Positions 9,533 through 18,245 of a stretch of DNA of 64,000 nucleotides are shown one piece after another. Numbering within the stretch: the stretch's first letter is position 1; each line of letters begins with the position of its first letter. Both the position numbers and the translations under genes were made by a program. Below the pieces are notes generated by a model. The model was not told the origin of the DNA and did no database searches. It worked only from the letters and a program-made list of their open reading frames with translations. The DNA comes from a virus: IMG/VR virus record IMGVR_UViG_3300032893_000029, positions 9,636 through 73,635 of that record; one strand, written 5' to 3'.

Positions 9533-9837
9533 CTTTCGACGCCGTCTTCAAGAAAGCCGTGCCAATGATATCTGCCGGTTACCTCGTCTTTCCCGATTCC
9601 GATCGATGGCGACAGCGTCGCCTGCGGAAACGGTTTGACGATCTTCCACTCCGGACCGCCGGCGTCGGCAAGGCCTTCGAACCACATCGCGCTTTGCATC
9701 CCGCAGCCGCAGGGACAGGCGTGGCCGATTCCCATCTTGATGTCGGCCTGGTTGCGCATGAACCAATAGGCGCGGGGGCGATGAGCGTCGGCGTTGTCCT
9801 GGCTCGAGACTTCAAAGGCGACGGCGTTTCGTGGCAT
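9529..9837 (-). CDS. DUF6527-like Cys/His protein
   Basis: CPCGCG ... W ... TLSPSI ... HWHGFL.DG. Confidence 0.65.
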   Translation of the reverse strand: MPRNAVAFEVSSQDNADAHRPRAYWFMRNQADIKMGIGHACPCGCGMQSAMWFEGLADAGGPEWKIVKPFPQATLSPSIGIGKDEVTGRYHWHGFLEDGVER

Positions 9838-9849
9838 CGGCGTTCCCTT

Positions 9850-9887
9850 AAAAAGGCCATGCCGGCGTCGTTACCCGCCGGCATGGC
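9850..9887 (-). terminator. Intrinsic terminator inside late operon
   Basis: GCCATGCCGGCG/CGCCGGCATGGC 12-bp stem followed by CTTTTT on minus strand. Confidence 0.8.
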
Positions 9888-9955
9888 ATCAAGTCGGGGA
9901 GTACCCAGCTAAGGGCAACATCGGCCCGGAACTGTCCGGAACCGGCCGATGCATC
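9850..9955 (-). ncRNA. Possible SuhB/MmgR-like sRNA
   Basis: Hairpins, then single-stranded CTCCCC-GACTTG, then terminator. Confidence 0.35.
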
Positions 9956-9973
9956 GGACGCCTCGCGGCGAAT

Positions 9974-10051
9974 TCAGTGTATGTGCGCCAGCGCGGCACC
10001 GATCACAGTCAGGTGCGCCGCCAGCATGTAGATCAGGGCTAGCACCTTCAT
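9974..10051 (-). CDS. 25-aa hydrophobic peptide MKVLALIYMLAAHLTVIGAALAHIH
   Basis: ATGA overlap with upstream stop; single TM-like segment. Confidence 0.45.
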   Translation of the reverse strand: MKVLALIYMLAAHLTVIGAALAHIH

Positions 10052-10215
10052 GCCGCGAGCTCCCCGGATTTTTTCTCGGCCTTCAGCCGATACAGCTTTC
10101 CGGCGACTGCATTACGCGATTTTCCGATCGCGCGGCCGATCGTGCTGAAGCTCTTGTCCTCGGCGTGCAGCGCCTTCAGCACGGTAAGCTGCTCGTCGCT
10201 CCATCTCTCATTCAT
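10048..10215 (-). CDS. GcrA-like N-terminal HTH only
   Basis: W(S/T)DEQ...LK.L....S.S.I...IG.SRNAV.GK..RL matches GcrA N-domain; AAGGAA RBS. Confidence 0.75.
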   Translation of the reverse strand: MNERWSDEQLTVLKALHAEDKSFSTIGRAIGKSRNAVAGKLYRLKAEKKSGELAA

Positions 10216-11048
10216 CTCGACAGTTCCTTTCTGACCGCTTCGAGGGATTCGAGTCCCTTCTTTGTCAGCATGTCCGGCGCCGCGCGGTAAAGCGCCGATA
10301 CCGTATAGAACCACTGCATCCAGCAGCGGCAGAAAATCTCTTCACCGACCGCGGTGTATTGATCGTAGAAACCCATCGGACCCGGTTTCACCAGCCCGCG
10401 TGCCAGGGCCCAATTCCCGCGGAGCATGAAGATCTGCTCGTCGCGTTCCTTGTGGTCCTCGCGGTAATTGTAGTGCGGCGTCCGCCAGTTCGAATGCCAC
10501 ATCCCGGCAATGGCGCCGCCGTCTCTGGCGAGGATGTCGGAAATCGCGGCCGTCATCTTGTGCGACTGGTCGATGAGCACGCGGCGCTCTTCGAACTTCA
10601 CCAGCCCAAGCGGTTTGGCGATCTGCGCCCTGGTCTCGGCGCGTTTCGCCACATCGGTTCCGCCGGCGGGGATCGATGTCGCCCAGCCTTGGAAGCGCTG
10701 TAGCGTCTTCGCCATCATCTGGTCGCGGTTCAGTCGGATCAGACCGGCCGATGCCATGATGCGGCGATCGACTTCGGCCCGAAGTGCCGGGCGGACCCGC
10801 TCGATGGTGAAGCGCTCGATTCCGCGATGCATCGCCAGGATGCCGCCGCGATCGATGAGCTTGCGATAGGTCTCCTCGAGCACCATTCGAAGCTGCCGCT
10901 CGAGCTCGTATTCCGGTGTCAGCGTCCTTTCCGCTGCTTCTTTGATTGCCTTCAGCCAGCGATCGACGCGCTCCTGGCTGTCGAAGCCGTGCTCGACAAG
11001 ATCGTTGATCGCCGCGCGGAGAACATCGGAATAGCTCCGGGCAACCAT
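10212..11048 (-). CDS. Head morphogenesis protein (MuF/SPP1 gp7-like)
   Basis: IDQSHK, WHS, R.DH..RD, GEEIFCRC motifs; follows portal. Confidence 0.8.
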   Translation of the reverse strand: MVARSYSDVLRAAINDLVEHGFDSQERVDRWLKAIKEAAERTLTPEYELERQLRMVLEETYRKLIDRGGILAMHRGIERFTIERVRPALRAEVDRRIMASAGLIRLNRDQMMAKTLQRFQGWATSIPAGGTDVAKRAETRAQIAKPLGLVKFEERRVLIDQSHKMTAAISDILARDGGAIAGMWHSNWRTPHYNYREDHKERDEQIFMLRGNWALARGLVKPGPMGFYDQYTAVGEEIFCRCWMQWFYTVSALYRAAPDMLTKKGLESLEAVRKELSR

Positions 11049-12532
11049 CAGGGCCTGGCCGGAAGCTTCCTGATTTCGGCGACGACGTGCGGCCAGCGAT
11101 CACTGCTGTCGGCGTGCGAATACGGCGTCGCCTTCGGTTCGCCGGGTTCGGTCATCTGCGTCGGCGGTTCATAGGTCGCGATGTCCGCGATTTCCAGATG
11201 GAGCTCAGCCGGGAAGAATTCCTTCTGCTCGTTGATAACCGACTGGACCCACTCGACGACGGTCGCTTTGTTCGGCTGATCGCACGCCGGCATGATGACT
11301 TCGGCCGCGGCGAGCGTCGACCGCATCAGGAAGTCGTGCTTCTTTGCCTTCTCGCTGTCCGGCTCCGTCAGGAGATTCGGCCATTTCGTCTTGAAGGAAT
11401 TCTTCGCCTCATAGAAGAACGTCGTGTAATCGACGCCGCCGTACTGCTCCGGGAACTTCGCCTGAAGCGACTTATAGAACTGCTTGTTCCAGGCGCGGTG
11501 CATGACGATCAGATCGAACCAGGCGAACAGCGATTCCATTTCCTCGCGCTTGTCGTCGATGTAGTGCGCGACATATTTCGCATCCTCTGACCCCGTCGAG
11601 AACGCGTGCGCGAAGGTCTCGTTGTTCAGCATCACCGCCGGCATGTCGTCGCCGGACGCGATGTTTTCGAGGATGTTGCGGCGCGAATTGCCGAAGGCGC
11701 CGTCGAGATTCTGCATGTTCAGCGTCTCGACCTTATCCTTCTCGCCGACTTGCAGAACGTTCTCTGTCTCCGCTTCCTTCAGGAGATTGCGCTTGATCGA
11801 GCCGAACTTCTCCGCGATCCAGTCGACGGCCGATGAGACCGTCTGCATCATGACGACGAGCAGGCCGGCCTTCTTGACCACCATGTCATCCGTCACCATC
11901 GAACTGATGAAGGACTTCAGCGGATAGAGACAGGGCTGGTAGACGCTTCGGCCGGTGAAGCCGTAAGCCGACGGCGTGTAGCTGATATAGATCGGGTCGC
12001 CGTGCATGACGACATGGGCGCGGGAGCGGTGATAGGCCGTCCCGGCGATCGCGATGCCGTCGACCTTCTGGAAATCGACGGAGTTCGGGTCCTGGTTCAA
12101 GACCAGCGAGCCCGCAGTATTCAGCGCGTCGAGGATGTTGAAGCTGATGGCGAGCTCGGCGAGCCTGTCATAGGGCAGCGGTTCCATCGGATCGATGCCG
12201 TTTGCCATCAGGCAGACCGATGAAATGCCGTACACCCGCGACATCGTCTTGACGTTCAGGATGTGCTTCTTGACCTCGAGCGCCTTCCATTCCTTTTCGA
12301 AGGCCTCTTTGAGATCCTGTTCCGGGCCGCCGGTGATCGAGATTTCGCGGGCCTGCGACAGCGCCAGCTTGATCGGGAAGCGCGCGATCTTCGCACCCAG
12401 CGGGTGATATTCGAATATCACCTTGCACATTTCGTAGGACGGTTGCGCTCCGGGCTGGAGCTCGTCGGTGCAGATGAAACTTTGGAGCGAGGTCCCGAGA
12501 TTTGCGGGACCGATGACGGACGTTTTCGACAT
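11048..12532 (-). CDS. Portal protein (DUF1073-type)
   Basis: 494 aa between terminase and MuF; SRVYG, YGFTGRSV, W.NLL motifs. Confidence 0.85.
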   Translation of the reverse strand: MSKTSVIGPANLGTSLQSFICTDELQPGAQPSYEMCKVIFEYHPLGAKIARFPIKLALSQAREISITGGPEQDLKEAFEKEWKALEVKKHILNVKTMSRVYGISSVCLMANGIDPMEPLPYDRLAELAISFNILDALNTAGSLVLNQDPNSVDFQKVDGIAIAGTAYHRSRAHVVMHGDPIYISYTPSAYGFTGRSVYQPCLYPLKSFISSMVTDDMVVKKAGLLVVMMQTVSSAVDWIAEKFGSIKRNLLKEAETENVLQVGEKDKVETLNMQNLDGAFGNSRRNILENIASGDDMPAVMLNNETFAHAFSTGSEDAKYVAHYIDDKREEMESLFAWFDLIVMHRAWNKQFYKSLQAKFPEQYGGVDYTTFFYEAKNSFKTKWPNLLTEPDSEKAKKHDFLMRSTLAAAEVIMPACDQPNKATVVEWVQSVINEQKEFFPAELHLEIADIATYEPPTQMTEPGEPKATPYSHADSSDRWPHVVAEIRKLPARP

Positions 12533-12795
12533 CAGCCCGGAACGATTCCGGCAAGACCGAAGCCAGGCGTTTCAGGCCCGACGCGCTCGTGCTCGCACCG
12601 CGCATGATAGGCAAGCCAGCGCCCCCACTCGTCGCCACGCCGGTATTGAAAGTTCACCAGCGCATCGCGACCACTGAGGCATTTGCGCTTGGTCGGGAAA
12701 TAGGCGAACTCGATGCTGCACTGATGGACCCGCGGCAGCACGTCCGGAACGCGGCAGTTCGCGACCATCACAAGGGCATAGACCCAAATCAGCAT
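12532..12795 (-). CDS. Hypothetical protein
   Basis: ORF coupled to portal start. Confidence 0.45.
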   Translation of the reverse strand: MLIWVYALVMVANCRVPDVLPRVHQCSIEFAYFPTKRKCLSGRDALVNFQYRRGDEWGRWLAYHARCEHERVGPETPGFGLAGIVPG

Positions 12796-12938
12796 CGTGT
12801 CGCCTTTCTGAGAGACCGAAGCGGGCGATGTTGTGCTCGCCCGCCATTCCAGATCATGCGATCGGAATTTTCATGCCTCTGGATCTCTGCCGGCACAACC
12901 CGGGTTAAAGCTTCGATCCTTCGGCCTCTTGCTCTCAT

Positions 12939-13223
12939 CTATCCGATACCGACCGCGACGTTGTTCGCGTCGGCTTTGATCTTTTCCCAGACTTCGTTCT
13001 CGACGCGGTAGAGATATCGCAAGGCGACTTCGCTGTTCCGCGCGCGGGCCTTTTTGATCAGACGCCAGCAACGCCGGTACCGCGACCTCAGATGCTTGTT
13101 GACCATCCGCCAATGCGGACCGCAGATAATCTCGGTGTTGTTGCCGGCCCATTCCTTCGACGCCGTCCTTCCGCATCCGATGACGCAGCACGGGATTCGG
13201 TCTGGCTTCAGCGGCCGGATCAA
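12939..13223 (-). CDS. Small Cys/His (Zn-binding-like) protein
   Basis: TTG overlapping TerL stop; CCVIGC...IICGPHW. Confidence 0.5.
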   Translation of the reverse strand: MIRPLKPDRIPCCVIGCGRTASKEWAGNNTEIICGPHWRMVNKHLRSRYRRCWRLIKKARARNSEVALRYLYRVENEVWEKIKADANNVAVGIG

Positions 13224-15352
13224 TAGCCCTCCGGATTCCCAAGTGCGAGCACGACGCCGAGCAGGAAGGCGCAAAGCAAATCGCCGGGCTCCTTGCTGTC
13301 CTTCTTTTCGTCGATCCGGAATGTCTCGATGTGGTCGAGCAGGAAATTCCGGGTCTGTCCGCCGAAATCGATGACCTTGTCGTCGGCCGGCTGCGCGATC
13401 TTTATCAGGTCGCGCTCGAGATAGGCCGCAACCGCGGTGGCACGTTCGGCAATACCGATGTTCGCGATCGCGTCGTTGATCGGCAGGATCGGCAGGCGCC
13501 AGCGGGCGCCATGCTGATAGACGACGGCGCCGGTCTCCTTGTTGATGACGAAGATACCGAGCGGCCTTGTCTGCGCCGGCCTTGCGAGTTCGACGAGTCT
13601 GCCGACGGCACGCTTCAGCCATTGTTCCGACAGTGCTGTTCCGACCGGTGCGAGATCCCAATCAAGGATTGTCAGCGCGTTCCCGCCGACCTTGCGGCGA
13701 CCGAAATAGACGATGCCGGCGCTATCGTTGTCCCTGCCGGTCTTCACGCCGGAAAACATCACGGCGAACACACTGTCGAGCAGCCGCGGCGGTGTGACGG
13801 GCTGGCCGCGGAAGCGCAGCTTTTCGATGTCGAAGAAGCCGTCCGATGCGCGCGAGCTCAAATAGTTGAACGCTCCGGCGCCGCCGTCGACTTGGTCATC
13901 GTGTCCTTTTGGGAACGCGCAGAGCTCATCGATGAATTCCTCGTTCCAGGCGCCGCGGACCAGGTAGACATTGCCGGCCTCGCATTGATCGGCGAAGGGT
14001 TCGGCCCGGGTGCCTTTGTCGCCGGTTTCCCGATCGGCTCTGACGCGCCAGCCGGCGAGCATCGCGATGTAGCTCTGTGCCTGTTCCTTGCCGGCCTGGC
14101 CGGGGTCCTCGTTCAGATGGATGTGGGTTTCTTTGCCGTCGATCTCGGCCGTCGCTTTGACTTCCTTTCGGACTTCATGCGCCGACTTCTGAAACCGGTT
14201 GACGTTCTCGATGTAGTAGCTGGTGTCGTCGGTCGACATCTTCAGCCCGACGGTGAAATCCGGATCGGTGCTGTCCGACGGCGCCGAGGCGGCGAGGTCC
14301 CATTTCCGGACACGGCGCGTGATCTTCGCATCCGCGGGAACGCGATCGATGATCTTGCCGTCGAACCATTTGCGCTGAAACATCCCGCCTTCGCGGGCCG
14401 TCGGGCGCTGCTGATACTGTGCGGCGTAGGCGTGCGGGCCCAAGCCCTTCTTCTGCGCTTCGACCGCTTCCCGGGGGAAGCGTATCGGTTCCAGAAGCTC
14501 GCCTTCCTCCTTGCGCCAATCGGCGCCCCATCTGGTGACGCAGCGGCGCGACTTCTCGAATGTCATCGGCAGCATGACAACCACGGTATCCGGCACGACT
14601 TCGCGCCAGACCCTGCCGATGTCTCGCGGTCCGGTGCATTGCCAGATACCGACCATTGCCGACTTCGTCAGGCTGTTCAGTCGGCTCAACGCGCCTTCGC
14701 GGAAGAGACGCGTCACTTCGGCAAGCTGGTTCTTGTATTCGACCGTCTTCACCGACAGCGGATCGTCGATGATGAGACGGTCGCCGCGTTTTCCCATCAG
14801 CGAAGCAAACGGTGCGCCGAGGCGCCAGCCCGTTGCAGTGTTCTGGAACGAATAGACGCCGGCGGTCGTTAATTCGATGAGCGGCCAGCGCTCCTGGTAC
14901 CAGTCCGACTCGATTAGCGCCTTGCAGCGATCGTTGTCGCGATCGGTCAGGGTCTTTTCGTAGGACGTGCAGAGATAGCGATAGGTCGAATAGCCCATCG
15001 CCCATTCCCATGCCGGCCAGAACACCGACACGATCAGGCTCTTCATGCAGCCCGGCGGAATCTCGATGATCAGTCTCGTGATCTCGCCGCGCGTCACCGC
15101 CTCGAGGTGTGCGCAGATCAGTTCGATGTGCGGCGACAGGATGAATTCGGCGCGGGGCTCGAGGACATGCCAGGCCTCGCGGATAAACCCGACCAGTGTT
15201 TTGCAGCGGTCGCGGCTTTCCTGAAGAAGCTCCTCACGCGTCCTGTTGTGCTGGTCCCTCTTCAGAGCCTCGCGACGCTGCCTCTCCAGCATCACGCGGG
15301 ATAGCAAGGCCGATTGAGCGGAGAAGGTCCTGGAGGGTGGCGAACTGTTCAT
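13220..15352 (-). CDS. terL: Terminase large subunit with extra C-terminal domain
   Basis: Walker A IPPGCMKS, Walker B LIIDDP, YQQRP, WDLA, HDDQVD; exact start uncertain. Confidence 0.9.
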   Translation of the reverse strand: MNSSPPSRTFSAQSALLSRVMLERQRREALKRDQHNRTREELLQESRDRCKTLVGFIREAWHVLEPRAEFILSPHIELICAHLEAVTRGEITRLIIEIPPGCMKSLIVSVFWPAWEWAMGYSTYRYLCTSYEKTLTDRDNDRCKALIESDWYQERWPLIELTTAGVYSFQNTATGWRLGAPFASLMGKRGDRLIIDDPLSVKTVEYKNQLAEVTRLFREGALSRLNSLTKSAMVGIWQCTGPRDIGRVWREVVPDTVVVMLPMTFEKSRRCVTRWGADWRKEEGELLEPIRFPREAVEAQKKGLGPHAYAAQYQQRPTAREGGMFQRKWFDGKIIDRVPADAKITRRVRKWDLAASAPSDSTDPDFTVGLKMSTDDTSYYIENVNRFQKSAHEVRKEVKATAEIDGKETHIHLNEDPGQAGKEQAQSYIAMLAGWRVRADRETGDKGTRAEPFADQCEAGNVYLVRGAWNEEFIDELCAFPKGHDDQVDGGAGAFNYLSSRASDGFFDIEKLRFRGQPVTPPRLLDSVFAVMFSGVKTGRDNDSAGIVYFGRRKVGGNALTILDWDLAPVGTALSEQWLKRAVGRLVELARPAQTRPLGIFVINKETGAVVYQHGARWRLPILPINDAIANIGIAERATAVAAYLERDLIKIAQPADDKVIDFGGQTRNFLLDHIETFRIDEKKDSKEPGDLLCAFLLGVVLALGNPEGY

Positions 15353-15821
15353 CCGACAACTTCGTCAGGTCGAGATTGTCGAACAGGCCCCGTCCATCTG
15401 GTCCGGTCAAGGCGAGACGATCGTCCCAAGGGTCTTCGAAGTCCTTGCCGCGGCCGAGCATCCGAAGTGCGAACTCGATCGCCTTCTGCTCGCCCTTCAG
15501 GATGTTGAGATAGAGGGCATCTGCCGCCGACTTCAGAAGCTTGCCCTTCGCCATCCGCAACTGCGGACCGTAGTGCTTGGCGAGAGTGTCTTCGTCGATG
15601 TCGAGGAAGTCCGCGATCACCGATCGCTTGTACTTCAACTGCACATAACGCTCGACGGCAGCGATGGTCTCTTCCGTCGGCTGGTGCGGCGGGCGTCCCG
15701 TCGTACCCTTTTTGCCTCTGAGCTTCGGCGCTCGTTTCTTGCGATAGGGACCCCGACGTTTCTTCGGCTCATCAGGGGATCTGGTCCCGCTTTGGCCTTC
15801 GCTTGTCGCGTCCTTGCTCAC
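15234..15821 (-). CDS. terS: Terminase small subunit
   Basis: GRPPHQPT, HTH IADFLDIDEDTL.KHY, C-terminal LTGPDG; directly upstream of terL. Confidence 0.8.
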   Translation of the reverse strand: MSKDATSEGQSGTRSPDEPKKRRGPYRKKRAPKLRGKKGTTGRPPHQPTEETIAAVERYVQLKYKRSVIADFLDIDEDTLAKHYGPQLRMAKGKLLKSAADALYLNILKGEQKAIEFALRMLGRGKDFEDPWDDRLALTGPDGRGLFDNLDLTKLSDEQFATLQDLLRSIGLAIPRDAGEAASRGSEEGPAQQDA

Positions 15822-15874
15822 AATTCACGTCGAACCGAAAAAATCCTCTGACGGAGGCAAAAATCCGTGATGGC

Positions 15875-15908
15875 AGAATCGCTAAAGCTTTTCTGCGGAA
15901 TCTGTCAA
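15875..15908 (-). promoter_or_regulatory. Putative late promoter (pR'-like)
   Basis: TTGACA (15903-15908 minus), 17 nt, TTAGCG; at 3' end of the regulator gene and upstream of terS. Confidence 0.5.
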
Positions 15909-16571
15909 GCGTCTCGGTTTTGTTCGGCCCTGCTTCTTGCGACCGGCCGAACGCTTTTTCGGTTTTCCGGCGAGCGCGTCCAGCGCATCACAAACGCGCG
16001 CCGTTACGCGGTTTTTGTCGAAGCGAATACGTGCCGCACGTACCGCCTCAACCATCGTGTAACCCTCACCACAAAATTTTCTGCAAATCGTGTAATCGGC
16101 TCGGGAGAGACGCTGTTTGATCCTTCCGATTTCCTGTGCTGATTCGGCTTGCGCCCGCGACCACGGCGTCTGTTGTCCGCCGCCTCTGACACGCTCGAGA
16201 TCTGTGCTGTCGCGTCCGCTGCTGTTCAGGCGTTCGCATAAGGTTCGCAGGTGTTCGCCGGCGCAGAACTGTTCGAAGGTAATCCGGCCCTGGTGATAGG
16301 CCAGGGTCAGCGGGTGCTCGCCGGAGTTCACCCAGCGTAGCGATCGGCCAACGGAGTATTCGGCAAAATCCTCAATGACGGGATCGACGCCGGGACCGCG
16401 GGGCGCTTCTGTCAGCGCCTTCAATTCCTGTTCGGTCAGGCCGCGCGCCATGCGGAGGGTGCCGCGGGGATTGAGCTCCCCTCGCAGTTTCGCGTGATGC
16501 GGTTTCGGTAACTCCTCGCGCTCGAGCTCGACACGCGAGATTTTCTTGCCGCCTAACGGCTGCTTACCCAT
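15882..16571 (-). CDS. DUF6456/GafA-like late transcription regulator
   Basis: PL...Y..GRI...QF.AGE.LR and C-terminal CG.G.T...ALDALA HTH-like segment. Confidence 0.65.
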   Translation of the reverse strand: MGKQPLGGKKISRVELEREELPKPHHAKLRGELNPRGTLRMARGLTEQELKALTEAPRGPGVDPVIEDFAEYSVGRSLRWVNSGEHPLTLAYHQGRITFEQFCAGEHLRTLCERLNSSGRDSTDLERVRGGGQQTPWSRAQAESAQEIGRIKQRLSRADYTICRKFCGEGYTMVEAVRAARIRFDKNRVTARVCDALDALAGKPKKRSAGRKKQGRTKPRRLTDSAEKL

Positions 16572-16973
16572 TCGACAAGGGTCCGGACAGTCCCCGATCC
16601 GGAATCGCCCGTTGAATCTGACGGGTCAAGGGTTTAGAGCAGTTCTGCGCAGGCTGGCGGGGTTCGGTTCCCGAAACATCCGTAAATCTCGCCTTCCCCT
16701 TCTAACGCTGGTCGACCGTTAGGCGCACGTCGACCGTTGCAGCTTGGGGGAGCATCCTGTGAGAGACCGAACCGTCTTCATCATGCTCGATGCGCTTGCC
16801 GTCGATCTGGCGCGATGCAACACGATCGACCGAGCTCAATTTCTGATCGATGAGGCCAAGGCTGCGGCGGAGCGCAAGATACCGCCGGCACCGCGGGAAC
16901 TGCCGAAGCTCGGCAAGCTCGAGCCTACCAATCGGAAGGCGCGGCGGGCTAAGGCGAAACGAGAGCGGGCGCG

Positions 16974-17411
16974 TTGAGCCGGCCGAAGCGGAAACCGGTG
17001 CCGATCGCGACGCGTCGGGCGGTGTGTCGCCGACAAAACGGGACCTGTAAGTGCGGCTGCGGGGAGCCGGTGTTTGTCGAGCGGGGGCGGCGGACGCATT
17101 TCGATCACGAGCCCGCGTTGATCCTTCGGGACATCAATGCCGACGGCAGCGATTACGATCCGCCACAGCATTCCGTCGACCACCTCGATGCTTATGCACA
17201 CATTTCTCACGCCAGGCGGAAGACTTCGGGGCTCGGTGCGACGACGGCGGGATCTGATATCGGGAAGCGGAAAAAGGAGCGACGGCGCGCCAAAGGCCAG
17301 AAGCCGAAACAATGGTGGATGTCGAGACCGATGCCGAAACGCAAAACGGTCTGGCCGAAACGGAAACTGGCGAAGGGTCGCGGTCTTGCGCGTCGGCCGC
17401 ATCCGCGGTAG
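16974..17411 (+). CDS. HNH-like nuclease
   Basis: RQNGTCKCGCG ... FDHEPAL ... H..KT; basic tail. Confidence 0.55.
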   Translation: MSRPKRKPVPIATRRAVCRRQNGTCKCGCGEPVFVERGRRTHFDHEPALILRDINADGSDYDPPQHSVDHLDAYAHISHARRKTSGLGATTAGSDIGKRKKERRRAKGQKPKQWWMSRPMPKRKTVWPKRKLAKGRGLARRPHPR

Positions 17412-17436
17412 GCCGGACAAACCGATTTGCTTACAC

Positions 17437-17745
17437 CCCGGAAGGGCGGGGCCGGCGATAGCGAGCCAGAGAGATTCCGGAGCTCTGGTGTTGCAGTCCG
17501 GTCCCGCCCGTAGCGGGGATCGCAGTGGGAAACGGATGATGTCCGTAGCGACCCACCGAAGGGGCGGCGCTCTTCCGACTATGCCGGCTCCCGGTACGAT
17601 TCTCGGAAGCGTTGCAGGCAGACGAAACGGTCGAGTAGGCAGAGGTCGCGGGTGCGGGTCCCGCTTGGCGCCGGCGGAAGACGCGACGCCAATAGCTCAG
17701 AACCCGGGTAAGAGAGAGCGCTGCCGAAAGACCGGCCTTCCCCAC
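17437..17745 (+). ncRNA. Structured ncRNA with 3' circularly permuted tRNA-like (YrlA-like) module
   Basis: Intergenic; T-arm, closed acceptor stem, D-arm and anticodon-like stem at 17628-17734; multibranch 5' domain; G-U pairs favour plus strand. Confidence 0.65.
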
Positions 17746-17809
17746 CTCACCAAGAAATGTTAATGCCGGAACTGCCACGCGTCGCAGCGCGAGCTCAGGA
17801 GAACGCCCG

Positions 17810-18034
17810 ATGAAACACATCTTCATCCTCATGCTGATCTTCAACCGGGAACCGATGGTTCGGGTCGGAAGCTTCGACACCAAAAAGGCGTGCGATGCCG
17901 CCGGCTTCCCTCTGACCTACGGCGGAGTGGTGGAGGAAATGAGGAGCAAAGGCTGGATCAGGGAGGGCCAGTTAGTCAGCATCAGCGGAAGATATGCTGA
18001 CGATTACACATGCGTTATGGCCAACGGCAGATGA
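17810..18034 (+). CDS. Hypothetical early protein
   Basis: AGGAG RBS; preceded by TCGCAG-loop hairpin. Confidence 0.6.
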   Translation: MKHIFILMLIFNREPMVRVGSFDTKKACDAAGFPLTYGGVVEEMRSKGWIREGQLVSISGRYADDYTCVMANGR

Positions 18035-18245
18035 GGCCCGCCATGCGGATTCGGCCCGACAGCGCCTTCATGCATTTCCATCGAGAGAACGTAAGCGGCG
18101 CCCTTATGCGCCGACTCTTGCGGATCAGATCGGTCTTCCGATCCTACAAACGGCTGATCTATCCCAACATGCCGTGGATCGGCGATGTGCCACGCGAGAA
18201 CGTCGCGCTGATCCGGATGCGGGTGCAGGCGGCGAGGAAGCGTCG

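Noticed and set aside
17485-17712. RNase P RNA resemblance (AGTCCGG ... CAGAACCCGG)
   Set aside because: P4 pairing and the GAGGAAAGUCC core are absent; the tRNA-like fold explains the sequence better
17686-17740. Canonical tRNA gene (TAGCTCAG ... GAGC)
   Set aside because: No anticodon loop, and no downstream T-arm or CCA; the halves are permuted
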